A stretch of 63,855 nt of DNA, counting the filler. It is 14 parts of 14 records of this genome, joined end to end, with 100 filler letters (N's around TTAATTAATTAA, not from the genome) between each part and the next. Parts side by side here need not be neighbours in the genome. Positions count along the whole stretch, not along the records: positions 1 to 3,692 come from SRR7504441_16709; positions 3,793 to 7,366 come from SRR7504441_16710; positions 7,467 to 11,509 come from SRR7504441_16713; 11 more parts are not named here. One strand, 5' to 3'. The position numbers and the translations under genes were made by a program. Numbering within the stretch: position 1 is the stretch's first letter; every line of letters begins with the position of its first letter. Of this stretch, positions 1 to 11,509 are shown one piece after another. The notes below the pieces were generated by a model. It was not told the origin of the DNA. It searched no databases and saw nothing but the letters and a program-made list of their open reading frames with translations.

Positions 1-52
1 TGGCGATGTGGCAATCCGTGTTAAATTAACGGACGTGCCCATGCCGGGCTTC

Positions 53-912
53 ATGGCATTGAGGAGTGTGCTGCTGCTCTTCTTCATTGGCGGCCTAGCA
101 GCCCTGGCCGCGGCCCTCCCCGCCAGACACACACCCCCAGTAGTCCTACGAGGCTCGTGCAGTTCATGCTACATCAAATTCTGCAGCAGCGCCTTCTCCA
201 AGGATATCGCGGCCTGCGACAGTTGCATCCAGCAGCACGGGGAGCAGCTCAATGCTACGCACTGCCAGAACTTTCATAAGAACTGCTACAAGAAGGCGCT
301 GGAGTGGTGCAACACGGCGGGTCCCACTCCGACTCCTCCAGCACCTCCAGCACCTCCAACTCCTCCCACGCCTCCAGCACCTCCAACGCCTCCAGCACCT
401 CCAGGAGCCTTCCGCATCGGAGATGGCTTCGGTGTAGACATTTCTACCAGCGACATCAAACGAGGCTTTGCGCCTGGTGAGCTCGAACTGATGGCCAAAG
501 CATTTAAGGTCCTGCGGATCGGGTTTGACTGGCAAGACATTGAGGTCGAGATCCAGAGTACAAGCTTGACCTGCTCAAGAAGATCCGCAGCGACATGGAT
601 AGTCATGGTGGAAGCCACATCAAGCTACTGTTGGATGAGTGGGCATACCCCTACGATGGTTATCCCTCCTCAACGACAGAGGCCGAATCCTTCTTGCCAC
701 AGATGTGGATGATTTGCCTGGCGTTTGATCTCAATTGTGACCTTGGTATCTATTTTGACTGGGATGGGGTGCAAAAGGACCTCAAGCCGAACGGGCAATG
801 GAGGGCGGCAGCCACGTTCCAAGCCACTGTTGGTAATGCCCAGAGTTTTGACAACGTTGCGCGGCTTGTACTGCTCGATGATCTTGTTGGTGAGGCACTT
901 GGGGACCGATAG
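53..912 (+). pseudogene. Secreted glycoside hydrolase (GH5/cellulase-like TIM barrel) with Cys-rich module and Pro-rich linker; internally deleted and 3' truncated
   Basis: Signal peptide MALRSVLLLFFIGGLAALAAA, Cys-rich module, PT/PA linker, then FGVDI...PGELELMAKAFKVLRIGFDWQDIE. The frame shifts at about 545 straight into the C-terminal half (RDPE...IKLLLDEWAYPY, nucleophile-like E), and the central acid/base NEP region is missing. Confidence 0.5.
323..403 (+). repeat. 9-nt tandem repeat (cctccagca/cctccaacg) encoding a Pro-rich linker
   Basis: Directly visible; encodes PTPTPPAPPAPPTPPTPPAPPTPPAPP. Confidence 0.9.
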
Positions 913-1984
913 ACCGCACTGCTGCTGCGAGGAATCTCCAGCGAGCGATTCTGCAATCTCCGCTCGCAACGCCTTTGTTTGATTGGATAAATATGTGCCA
1001 AGGTCTAAATCCACTGAAACGACTCCATCAGAATCGGAACACACCTTGCCCTTTGATGTGCCATCGGAGACAAGAATGCGTTCCAGCAGGGAGACATGAT
1101 GCTTCAGCTTGAAGTTCTGCTTTCTCTCTTTTCCTCGCGGATGGCGAAGGCACTTTCACGCCGCCATGGACAGGGTGCACAAGGGAACGACTGGACGATT
1201 CCGCTCTAGTGAAGAACAGGGACGCGTCCTCCTGGAGCAGCAGCTGGTTATTGTGCCTCAAAATTGAACTGTGGTCAGCTAGGAGGCCACATGCTTGTTG
1301 ATCATTCAATTTTACACACCTCCCAGCCGTTGGCACCCCAGACCAACCAAACATTTGTTATCATGTGTGGCTCTTCTGCGTCGTCGCTTACTTGCATCAA
1401 GAGGCGTTGTGATTGCAGACCCGTATCTGAAAGCCCCTGGCCCTGGGACGCCTGCTCATCACTGGTCAGTCTTCTTCGCCACACACAGGCCGACTTACTA
1501 CTTTCAGCATGCCTAGGTGCTCGCCGCTGCTGGGGTATGACAATCCCGCGGTTGAAGGGCAGCTCTAAATTTGCTAGTCCACCTCCACCAGAAGAGACGA
1601 CCCTACAGGCCGCAAATTCGATGCTAGCCGACTGTAGGATTACCGCGGGGGGATGCGAGCGGCTGTGGACATGATAGCCGACGCGGAGGACGGCCTGCGC
1701 CCACTCATGGGGCCCAGAGCGGCATCCCACCGGTTAGATAAAGACTGCCGAGTGAAGGACGAACGCAGCGCCGGCGACATTGGCAAGGCCGGCGCCCGGA
1801 CCCGGTGCGCACTACGCCGCGGTGAACGGCGAGTTAGTGCGTGCGGCGGGTGCGCGGGGGCTGGGAAAGCTAGCGGCTGGACCGGCTGCCCCCGGTAACG
1901 TTGCATCAGCTCTGGCGTGGAGAAGAGATCCCAGAGCGTGTCAAAAAACAGCTCCACCTCCCCTTCGGGCTCCCCTTCCTGCAT
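866..1984 (-). CDS. Hypothetical spliced protein (MQEGEPEGEVELFFDTLWDLF...), 3' end unclear
   Basis: ATG at 1984, 166 bp from the divergent methyltransferase ATG. Three GT-AG introns of 41, 47 and 41 nt join the minus-strand ORF fragments in frame. Contains a VPGPGAF motif. Confidence 0.45.
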
Positions 1985-2150
1985 CCCGCACACTTCCTGC
2001 AGTGGGCTGCAGCGTACGCCGAGGCGAACTCGCTGCTGTCAACAGCCGCCTTGACGCCTTCCCCGGCCACGGAGAGCGACACAGTGGTCACCCCCGGCAG
2101 CCTCTGTCTTGCGCTGTGCACCTTTAGACCAGAAGCGTGTTCCGTTACTC

Positions 2151-3521
2151 ATGGCTGACGGCAACGCGGCCCGGATCGGAGGGGTCCCATGCCTGCTGGT
2201 GCCGCCTGAGATCGCCAAGCGGGTGCTCGGGCTGCTGCGCGACTCCCAGTGGCACCCGTCTCACCACTCGCGGCTGCTCCTCGCCCCGGCCGACCCACGC
2301 AGTTCAGCCCGTGCTTACCAGATCTCGGACCCGGCCGCTGGGGAGCTCGAGGCAGCTCTGACCGGCCAGCCGCCCTCGGACGAGCTGAAGGCCGAGCTGT
2401 TCCGGCTGGTGCAGGCCGGGGCGGTCCAGTACGACCCTTTCTTCAGGTTGGAGCAGTGCATCCTCGCGCTGCCGCTCGCCCCGCCCGAGGCCGCCAGTAC
2501 GGCACCAGCGCACGGGTTCACGTTCATCGAGTTGTTTGCCGGTATAGGCGGGTTCCGAGTAGGGCTGGAGCAACTGGCGGGCCGGTGCGTGCTAGCATCG
2601 GAGATCAACCCGTGGGCGAGGGCGATATATACTCACAATTTCGGGGAGGCGGTGGCTGGCAGCATTCAGAGCCTGCAGGATGTGCCAAAGCACCAGCTAC
2701 TCACCGCCGGGTTCCCTTGCCAGCCGTACACCGAGCAGTCCGGGGACCGGCCCAGGGGCTTCCGAGACCCGAGGGGCCTGCTGTTCTGGCATATCATCAG
2801 GATCGTGAGGGCCAGGTCCCCAAGGGCCGTCATGCTAGAGAACGTACCGGGGCTGCTGAAGACGGACGTGAGGCGGCGGCGCGAGCCGAGCACTGGCGAT
2901 GGGCAGCTGCATGCAGGCAGTGGGCTGCACGTGATGGTAGCGGCACTTAAGGAATCCGGATACGCAGTCCGCTGGAGGCTGATCAACGCAGCCGGGCTGG
3001 TCCCGCAGGATAGGGAACGGCTGTTTATAGTCGGGATCCGCGACGATCTTGACGTTGGAAGCTTTGAATGGCCAGAAGTTCCCGATTCAGGATGCAAGCT
3101 AAGTGACATCCTGCAGAGCGCTGACGAGGCAGATCTCGAGCCGCATAGACTCCCAACGGACCTGTGGCAGCAGGTGTCCAGCTCGGACTACTTTCAGCGC
3201 AACCCAGCGCATAGATTGCCTGCCCTGAACGGGCCGTCAAACACACTTCGCAGCAGCTACAAGGATGGGGCCAAGCTCTACTCTCAATTTGTGCCGTTGG
3301 AAGATGTCGAGCAATCTGACTCCTCCGAACCACCCCAATGCCCGTATCGCTTCTTCACGCCGCGCGAGTGCGCCCGGTTGCAAGGATTTCCGGATAGCTT
3401 CAGCTTGGGCGCCGGAGCACCTGAAGCCTCGGTGTATCACGCTATCGGGAATGCAGTTGCTCCACCGGTTGTGACACTCATTGCCAAAGCTCTCCTGCCA
3501 TTCTTAATTGATCAGGGTTGA
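2151..3521 (+). CDS. C5 cytosine DNA methyltransferase, bacterial (Dcm/HhaI)-like, with N-terminal extension; intronless
   Basis: Motifs I FIELFAGIGG, IV AGFPCQPY, VI LENVPGL, VIII VPQDRERLFIVG, IX RFFTPRECARLQGF and X IGNAV are all present and in order. Confidence 0.92.
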   Translation: MADGNAARIGGVPCLLVPPEIAKRVLGLLRDSQWHPSHHSRLLLAPADPRSSARAYQISDPAAGELEAALTGQPPSDELKAELFRLVQAGAVQYDPFFRLEQCILALPLAPPEAASTAPAHGFTFIELFAGIGGFRVGLEQLAGRCVLASEINPWARAIYTHNFGEAVAGSIQSLQDVPKHQLLTAGFPCQPYTEQSGDRPRGFRDPRGLLFWHIIRIVRARSPRAVMLENVPGLLKTDVRRRREPSTGDGQLHAGSGLHVMVAALKESGYAVRWRLINAAGLVPQDRERLFIVGIRDDLDVGSFEWPEVPDSGCKLSDILQSADEADLEPHRLPTDLWQQVSSSDYFQRNPAHRLPALNGPSNTLRSSYKDGAKLYSQFVPLEDVEQSDSSEPPQCPYRFFTPRECARLQGFPDSFSLGAGAPEASVYHAIGNAVAPPVVTLIAKALLPFLIDQG

Positions 3522-3645
3522 TCGTGATTGATCATACAGCACTTTAATATTTAGGCAAGCTTTAATTCAAGCTTCATCAGTCAGTTTCTGTCGGTTCAGT
3601 CTGGTCAACGTACTCCCGAGCCGAAGGTCTCACTGCTGTGGCAGC

Positions 3646-3692
3646 ATGTCCTCGCCGGGCTTGGGGCTGTTCCGGCGGATCCTGCGGCTTCA
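3646..3692 (+). CDS. 5' fragment of an LYR-motif protein (SDHAF3/ACN9-like)
   Basis: MSSPGLGLFRRILRL(H) resembles the LYRxILRxH motif; cut by the contig end. Confidence 0.4.
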
Positions 3693-3792
3693 NNNNNNNN
3701 NNNNNNNNNNNNNNNNNNNNNNNNNNNNNNNNNNNNTTAATTAATTAANNNNNNNNNNNNNNNNNNNNNNNNNNNNNNNNNNNNNNNNNNNN
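3693..3792. other. Artificial contig spacer
   Basis: N44-TTAATTAATTAA-N44, giving stops in all six frames; identical at 13 places. Confidence 0.98.
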
Positions 3793-4361
3793 CCGTAGAT
3801 GTCCACCTCTTCCACCCAGATGTCCCGCGAGCTGTCCATCCTGAACGTCTGCCACCCCGGTCAGCCCGCCCGACGGCCCCGCACCCAATCGGTCGAGTTA
3901 TGCAGCTGCAGTCTGCGTACCGTAACCCGGCTCGAATTGACAACGTGCAGCAGATTGACCCGGCCCGGCGACCCGTCCGCCCCCCGCGGTTCGAACCGGT
4001 CGTCCCGGGCGCTGTAGGAGGACCAGGCCTCTTCGGCCGCGCCATAGATCATCCCACCACCCTCGAGCACCACGTCGTTGCCGTTGACCAGCAGCACCGC
4101 CCCCTGGGTCACGTTGGGCACGTTGAGCACCCGGGCGGCCGGCTCGATCACCAGTCGGGTCCCGCTCCGCACGACCAGCTGCGAAACCGGCCAGTCGCCC
4201 GGCCCCACCCGGACGCACCCGCCGCCGGCCCGGGCGTCGAGCGCCGCCTGGATCCGCCGGGTGTTGGCCGCGTGGCCGGACGACGGGCCGCGCAGCTCCA
4301 CGCAGCCCGCCGCAGCCTCCACCAGCACCAGCACCGCCAGGCTCCAGCTGGCTGTGCGCAT
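3793..4361 (-). CDS. Secreted GH28 / pectin-lyase-fold glycoside hydrolase (5' part)
   Basis: Signal peptide MRTASWSLAVLVLVEAAAG; NTRRIQAALD, VRVGPGDW, LEGGGMIYG, LHNSTDW|TFRMDSSRDIWVEEVDIY; one 36-nt GT-AG intron; truncated by the spacer. Confidence 0.75.
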
Positions 4362-4441
4362 CTCAAGGGCTTCCGTCACCCCGAAATTCCGTCACCTCGA
4401 GCCCCACGCGCGGTGGGTCCGGGTGAGGCCGGTGAGCAGCG

Positions 4442-7312
4442 ATGCGGTTCTCGTACGAGTTTAGCAACCTGTGCGGGACGGTGTACCGCGGGGGCAACCT
4501 GGTCTTCACCCCCGACGGCAGCTCGGTCTTCAGGCGCCGGCCCGGCCCGGCCCGGCCTGACTTGTGGGCAGTCCGGTGGGCAACCGGGTGTCCTGTTTCG
4601 ACCTGGTCAACAACCGGTCGGCCACCTACCCGTTCGAGAACCGGCAGAACCTGGCTAGGCTGGCGCTCTCGCCGGACGGCAACACCATGCTCCTCATAGA
4701 CGAGGAGGGCCGGGCGCTGCTGGTGAGCACCCGCCGGCGCGCAGTGCTCCATCACCACAGGTGCCCCCCCCGCCCCCCTGCCGGCCAGCCGGGGCCAGCT
4801 TCAACTGCAAAGTGCGCTGGGCCGCGTTCAGCCCGGACGGGCGCTTCCTGGCCGTCTCGCACGACCGGCACCTGCAGGTCTGGCATACGCCCTCAGTGGC
4901 CGCGCGCGAGTTCGCGCCCTTCCGTTTGCTCCGGACCTACACCGGGCACCACGACGACGTGACCCACCTGGGCTGGTCGCACGACGGGAGCTACCTGCTC
5001 TCGGCCTCCAAGGACATGACGGCCCGGGTGTTCACCAGGGAGCCGACCGAGGGGTTTGTGCCGATCGCGCTCACAGGCCACCGAGCGCAGCTGGTGGCCG
5101 CGTTCTTCAGCGCTGACGATCAGCAGATCTACACAGTGGCCCGGGACGGCGGCTGCTTCGTCTGGGCGGCCGAGCCAGAGCTGGGCTTTAAAATAGAGGA
5201 GAAGAAGTATTTCAAGCACAATCATGCCAAGATCACCTGCGCGGGCTTCCACAGGCGCCCGGCCGGCCGATCAGTCGGCTGAGTGTGCCGGGGCAGTGCG
5301 AGCGGGCTGCTGCTGGCAGGGATGTCGTCGGGGGTGTTCGCGCTGCACCAGATGCCGAGCTTCGACATGGTGCAGGCGCTATCCATCGCACAGCACCCGA
5401 TCTCGAGTGTTGCCATCAATCCAAGCGGCGAGCCGGCCAGGGCCGAGCCGGGGCTGAGCCGGGTGCAGGCGAGTGGATCGCGGTCGGGTCGTCGGAGCTG
5501 GGTCAGCTGCTGGTCTGGGAGTGGCAGAGCGAGACGTATGTTCTGAAGCAACAGGGCCATTTCTTTGATACTAACTGTGTCTCGTACTCGCCTGATGGGC
5601 AGACGCTGGCCACCGGAGGGGACGACGCCAAGGTCAAGCTTTGGAACACCGCCTCCGGCTTCTGCTACACCACCTTCGACGAGCACTCCGCCCCGATTGT
5701 GGCGGTGGTGGTGGTCGGGAGCGGCAAGTGTGTCGTGTCGGCCTCGTTGGACGGCTCTGTCAGGGCCTTCGACCTCGTGCGGTGAGCCGGCCGGCCGGCA
5801 GGCTGCTGAAGGGCTGGGCAGGTATCGCAACTTTAGGACCATGACCACGCCCAACCCGACCCAGTTCACATGCCTGGCGGTGGACCCTTCGGGCGAGGTG
5901 GTTTGTGCGGGCGCGCTGGAGCCCTTTGAAGTCTACCTCTGGTCGCTTCAGGTGGCAAGGCGGGCTGGCGGCCAGCTGAGCTGGTGTGGCAGACCGGCAA
6001 GCTGCTGGACGTGCTGACTGGGCACCAGGCGCCCGTCTCGGCGCTCGCGTTCTCCCCGATGCAGTCAGTGCTGGCCTCAGTCTCATGGGACAAGACGGCC
6101 CGACTGTGGGACGTGTATGCCGGCTCCGGCAAGCAAGCCCAGGCCTCGGACGAGCCGTATTCGCACGAGTCGGATGTGCTGGCGCTCGCCTACCGGCCAG
6201 ACGGCCGCCAGCTGTGCACCGCCACACTAGCTGGGCTGCTCTGTTTCTGGAACACGGCCTCGGGCTACTTAGAGAGCACCATCGAGGGCCGGCGGGACAT
6301 CTCCGGCGGCCGAAAGGCGCGCGACTTGATCTCGGCCCAGAACTCATCGGCCAGCAAGCACTTCACCTCGGCGTGCTACTCAGCGGACGGCAGCTGTGTG
6401 CTGGCCGGGGGTGAGTCCAAGTTTGTTTGCATCTACGCGGTCAAGGCCGGACTGTTGCTCAAGAAGTTCCAGATCTCGCACAACCGGTCGCTCGACGGAG
6501 TGCTAGACATGCTAAACTCAAAGAATCTGGTGGACGGCGAGGCGCTAGATCTGATCGAGGACTCGGACGACGACTCGGACCGCGACCTGCGGCCGGCACA
6601 GCGCGATGACCTGCCGGGCGTCAAGGGCGGGCAGCACGCCAAGCGGTCCACCAGACTGGCCGTCCGGACCAAGGCGGTCGCGTTCTCGCCCACCGGGCAC
6701 GCGTGGGCCGCGGCGAGCACCGAGGGGCTGTTGATCTATTCGCTCGAGTCGGCGCTTGTGTTTGACCCGACCGACCTCGACGTGGAGGTGACTCCTGACA
6801 GCATCAATACCGCGCTCGGGAATGAGCAGTACTCGCGGGCGCTGCTGCTGGCCATCCGGCTGAACGAGCCCAAGTACATCGGGCAGGTGCTGGAGGCCAC
6901 CCCGGCCGACCAGATCAGGCTGGTGGCCCAGTCGGTGCCCACAATGCATCTGGTCCGGCTGCTGAGGTTCCTGGCCGAGTTCCTCAAGCGCACTACGCGG
7001 CTCGAGTTCTATTTGCTCTGGGTGCGGCATATACTCAACAGCCACAGCAACCACCTGGACATGAACACCGACCTGTACCTGACTCCGCTGAGGGCGCTGT
7101 TCCAGAGCATCTCGCAGCACCACGACGATCTGTCCAAGCTGTGCGATGCCACCACTTTCAGCCTGGCGTTCGTCACGGCCGAAGCTAGCGAGGTGCCGGT
7201 GGCGGCACAAGTAGCGCCGACCGACGTAGAGGCCGAGCAGCCGGTTGAGCAAGCTGAGAAATCAGTCTCTAGGCGAACGCGGTCCAAGCGACAGAAGGCC
7301 GAGCACGACTGA
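4442..7312 (+). CDS. PWP2: Periodic tryptophan protein 2 (SSU processome WD40 protein)
   Basis: FSNLCGTVYRGGNL...SPVGNRVS, GQLLVWEWQSETYVLKQQGH, KKFQISHNRSLDG, FDPTDLDVEVTP. Six introns: 4534-4571, 4761-4798, 5255-5296, 5428-5468, 5782-5821, 5952-5992. Confidence 0.96.
4534..4571 (+). other. GC-AG intron (38 nt), PWP2
   Basis: Removal restores VF-S-PVGNRVS; AG|GCGCCG...CTGACttgtgggCAG. Confidence 0.9.
5255..5296 (+). other. GC-AG intron (42 nt), PWP2
   Basis: Contains an in-frame TGA; removal gives AGFH-S-ASGLLLAG. Confidence 0.85.
5428..5468 (+). other. GC-AG intron (41 nt), PWP2
   Basis: Removal restores the conserved INPSGEWIAVG. Confidence 0.88.
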
Positions 7313-7366
7313 CGTCTAGGCTTTGGGGTTAGTCCAGGGAATAATGCTCGTATGGCGTGCTAAGCG

Positions 7367-7466
7367 NNNNNNNNNNNNNNNNNNNNNNNNNNNNNNNNNN
7401 NNNNNNNNNNTTAATTAATTAANNNNNNNNNNNNNNNNNNNNNNNNNNNNNNNNNNNNNNNNNNNN
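7367..7466. other. Artificial contig spacer
   Basis: N44-TTAATTAATTAA-N44. Confidence 0.98.
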
Positions 7467-10400
7467 GTGATCAAGATTGTCGACTCTTTCATGGTCTTGC
7501 TGGAAGCAGACTTCAGCAGTCGCCTGGCCGGTCAAATTAGCCCTGAAGAGCCAATGCCTATCATGGCTTCAGTTCTGGCCCAGCTCCAACTTGGGTTGTG
7601 GGCACGCAACTCTCAAGTCTCGAATGATAGTGACTGTACTGAGCACACTAAGCTATCCGGTGCCCATATGTATGCTGTCTACTACACCACAAAAGCTGCA
7701 GCTATGCTCACTGCTGTTGCACAATGTTCGGACCTCACCGTCCTGGCCCAATCATTGAACCGTTCTGTATTTGCACTCACCTTGCCTGCGTTCTGTGTCT
7801 CCATATTCGAATTGTACTGGGATCTCTCAGATGAGGCCCATTTGGAACAGTTTCAGAGCTGGTTTAAGGCAGCCAGCCAGCTGGCTACAGCACTGGAGGC
7901 ACTGATTGAGAAGCTGCCCACACTAAAGCAACTACGTGCTGATTCGTTGGTGTGGCAAGTCGAACTCCCCGCTGGGGTCAACATCCGCAGCAAGCCAAGC
8001 CTTGAGGCTGAAAAGTGCGGGCCAAAGGTCTTTAACGGCGAGCAGGTATTGGTCACCGAGACAAAGTCAGAGGATGGAGAATGGGTTCTACTAGACAATG
8101 CAGACGGCAAATATGAGGGCGAGGCATGGGCTCGCTTCTGCTCTGGCAACAGGATGTTCATGAAACCTGTGCTCAGCCCAGAGGATGAACAGAAGCGATT
8201 ACAAGACGATCCCACGTGCGCCTGGCTGCCTGTCTCCTTGGATACTCTGCTGTTTAATATTGGCCAAGTCACGCTGCGGCTGCATCCATGCGAGATCAGT
8301 GCAGCCAAGGAGAATTCCGAGCAACAGTCAGAAAGGGATACCAGTGCCAAGTGGCTGGATAGCGCCTTGCTAGTGGGCGGCCCAACAGCCAAGCCAAGTC
8401 CTCAGCTTGAAGAGAATATGAAGAGCCAACTCCTGAGCCGCATTGAGGCATTAAAAAGCCAAGTCCAGAATAGAGAGGTGAATTCCAGTGGCATGCTGAA
8501 ATTGATGCAGTCCTATGAGCCTGCAGAGGTCGAATCCAACTGGTGGCAGCTGTGTTGGACTTCACCAGCAGCATGTATTCCGCCATCAGTCACAAAGACA
8601 GCTCCAACTGCACTCGAAGAGAAGACGACTAAGCTAGTACTTGGTGCTCTGCTCAGACACGCAGGACTGTCATTCTTACCACAGTCGACCCCAGTCCCTG
8701 AACAAGTGATGACATGCTTTCATGCTGCACTTGGAATTGCACTAGAAGCACGCAGTAACTCATCTACCCTAGAAGAGGAAAACGCGAGCAAGCACCTGCG
8801 CAGCATGGCACTCCGCGCCGAATTTCTCCTGTCAGCAGTTGAACCAGCGTTGCAGCCTCTCACCATCTCCTCCTCGGGTGGTCTCACCCGGGCCAAATCA
8901 GCTAGCGAGACTCTCAAGCGCTCCAAGTCCCAGCTTTCTCGGATGAAGAGCCTTGAGCAAAAGGCACTTGGTATGGGCGATCTGTCACAGCAGGGGCTAC
9001 ACAGCCTGGCGCTGGCAGCATGTATCGAGAGTGTGAGCGAGTTCCTGAAGGACACTCAGTTGGATCTGCTGCAGCTGAGAGCCAAGCTCAGCCAGAGAGT
9101 GCACACGGCTAAAGCACGGCTCCAACGGCTAGGGTTTGCACTGGAGATGTTGCTCCAGGGCACTCACAGTGAGGCACGCCAAAGATGCACTGAGCTTTTG
9201 CTGTTGCACCTGACGGGTGATCGTGTGCACTCTTTGGAAGGTTTGAACGGCTGTGGTAAAGCAATCCGCAACCAGCTGACTTCATACTGGCACCAATGCA
9301 TTGCGCAAGTTGCTGTCCCTTTGATAGATATGAAGCAAGAGTCCACATCCTTGGTGAGGGCAGCCCTGACAGCAGTATCAAGTCTTTGGGAAGACCGGGA
9401 GCTGCCATTCCTGCACGAGTGTGGCTTGTGGCGCCGGGTGCAACAGGCAGCTGTTACAATGAAACCTGATTCAAGTGACAAAAGCGAAATCTCAAATATA
9501 CTGTGGAGCCTGCTGGCCCAACTGGCTCTCACCAGCTTCTGTAAGAAGCCTTCGAGCGTGCAACTTGAGAACTGGCATGCATATGTCCTTGGTTCGATGC
9601 TAAGTACAATGGAATCGGACAATCTGATGCGCAACCTCTCGCTTCGGCCAATGTTTGGACTTGTCTCTTTGTGCATGCCTGCACAGGTAGATTCGCAGAA
9701 TCAGGATATATTGGGTGAACTCCTTCGCCTCACAGCTACAGTGGTCGAGTTAGGAGTGACTGAAGAAGAGCAGGAGGAGAGTGTGGTTGTGCCAACTGGT
9801 ATTGTTGTCGAACAGCCCTTCTCCATCTTGGATGGATGGACCAAGCATTACATGGAACCCATGTCAGTCCCTGTCAGGGACTTCAATGAACTAATACCAC
9901 CCTCTGATGCAGTTGCGGTTGCTTTTGGGGCAACAGACAGCTCTGGGAAGATTGTGGTCTGTGCGTTCGGAGAGCCAGATAAGGTGTTTCAGCAAACTTC
10001 TGGAAACAACACCATTGAGCACAACGGGGCCTTTTTTTACTGCTGTCCTGGCTCCTCAGTGGGGTTTGCTCCTGAATCGAACGTCAGTCTTGGCTCTGCA
10101 GATACAACTGACCAGGGAAACAACCAGAGGCTGTCGCTCCACCTTCAAGGAAATGGTGGATGGCGAGCGGGCAGCTTCACTGGATTGAATGATTCGACGG
10201 TGTATAATAAGTTTGTCTACTACACCACCCTCTCAAAATCTTCTAAGCCAGCCGAATCAACTGCAGATCCGAGCAGCAGCTTTGGTGGTCTAGATGAGTT
10301 GTTTGCTGAAGCTCTACGGCAGAACCAGGCAACTGAAGGAAGCGTCGCCATGATGCGCGAAAACATACAGAGTGGCCGTTTCACAGAGGAACACTATGTT

Positions 10401-11509
10401 AACATGTGGCAAGAGCGCCTGAATGGTGTTGCACCGCCGTCTGGTGGCCCAAGTAAACCTGATAAATCTCAAGGAGATGCACCAAGATCGTCACTAGCAG
10501 CTCTGGCATTGTTCCGGAAGGTAGCACTGGTGCTTGGACCACAACTCTGTGAACAGGTGCTTGGAAGGCCTGCAACCGATGTTTTCATTGATAAAGTAAT
10601 CTTTGGAGAAGAAAGTGGTACTGACTTGCAGGAAGAACAGGGTGCTTTGGGTGAGGATGCAGATGATGCAGACAAGGAATTGTGGTGGCGTGTTGAATTG
10701 GACAAGGGGGTGAATGTGCGCAAGGAAGCCAGCCTGAAAGCAGAAAAATGCGGTGCAAAGCTGGAACAAGGCGATATCGTGAAAGCCTCAGGCACGAAGT
10801 CAGAAGACCAGGAGTGGATTCTGCTCGACAATGAAGATGGTAAATATGAATGCCCTGCCTGGGTTCGAACCTGCAAAGGCGAGCGGGCCTTCATGGTGTC
10901 CATTTCTGAGCAGAAAGCAAAAGGCGGCCTCGAACCCAAAGTCGGAATTGTAGATGTCCTCACAAGCCAATATGCTGCATCTGCCCTGGCTGACTTGATG
11001 ATGCTGCCAGAGTGGCTTCCAGTGCTGGTCGAATTTTCAAAGGCAAACCTTACACCAGATATAGTGCCCAGCGCAGAGAACACCCGGATGCAGGGCTTTG
11101 CAGAGAAGATGAGGAAAGGTGCTGTGGCTCTTGGACTGTGGGGAGGGTGGGCTGCAATCCCCTGTGCCGGCTCAGCTGTTTCGATAGCCTCTGGCGGCTA
11201 TGGCTCAGTTGTGCAGATCAAGCACAAAGTCGGTAAAGCAGTGGTAGCAGCCAGTGACAGCACTCTCACAGCCTATCCGATAAATGAACTTCAACTCAAA
11301 AGAGATTGGAGGCCTCTGGATGAGCATAATCTGAACTCTATCATGCAGGTGCTCAAATGGCACATACAGACAGCGCCTGTGCACTGGGCGCACCCAAATA
11401 ATAAGATGGTGTGGGGTTGGCTTGGACTCCAGCAGCGTTCAATGGTTTTGCGTGTGATTGCACAGTGCGTTCAATCCAGCCCAAATAGTGGGGTACAAGC
11501 TTTGGTGGC
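7467..11509 (+). CDS. Internal fragment of a giant HERC2/HECTD4-like scaffold (putative E3 ligase) with two SH3b-like repeats
   Basis: Open across the whole contig with no introns. Segments KWLDSALLVGG, LVLGALLRHAGL, LRAKLSQRVHTAKARLQRLGFALEML and HSLEGLNGCG resemble HERC2/HECTD4-type helical regions. No HECT domain lies within the fragment. Confidence 0.55.

Noticed and set aside
2151-3521. Restriction-modification system or bacterial contamination
   Set aside because: There is no nuclease neighbour, and the flanking genes are a spliced gene and an LYR-like eukaryotic gene.
4534-5992. Introns as introner transposons
   Set aside because: They share length and CCGG-rich composition but not alignable sequence or terminal inverted repeats. 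The short junction repeats fit ordinary AG|G proto-splice sites. An all-versus-all intron alignment would settle it.
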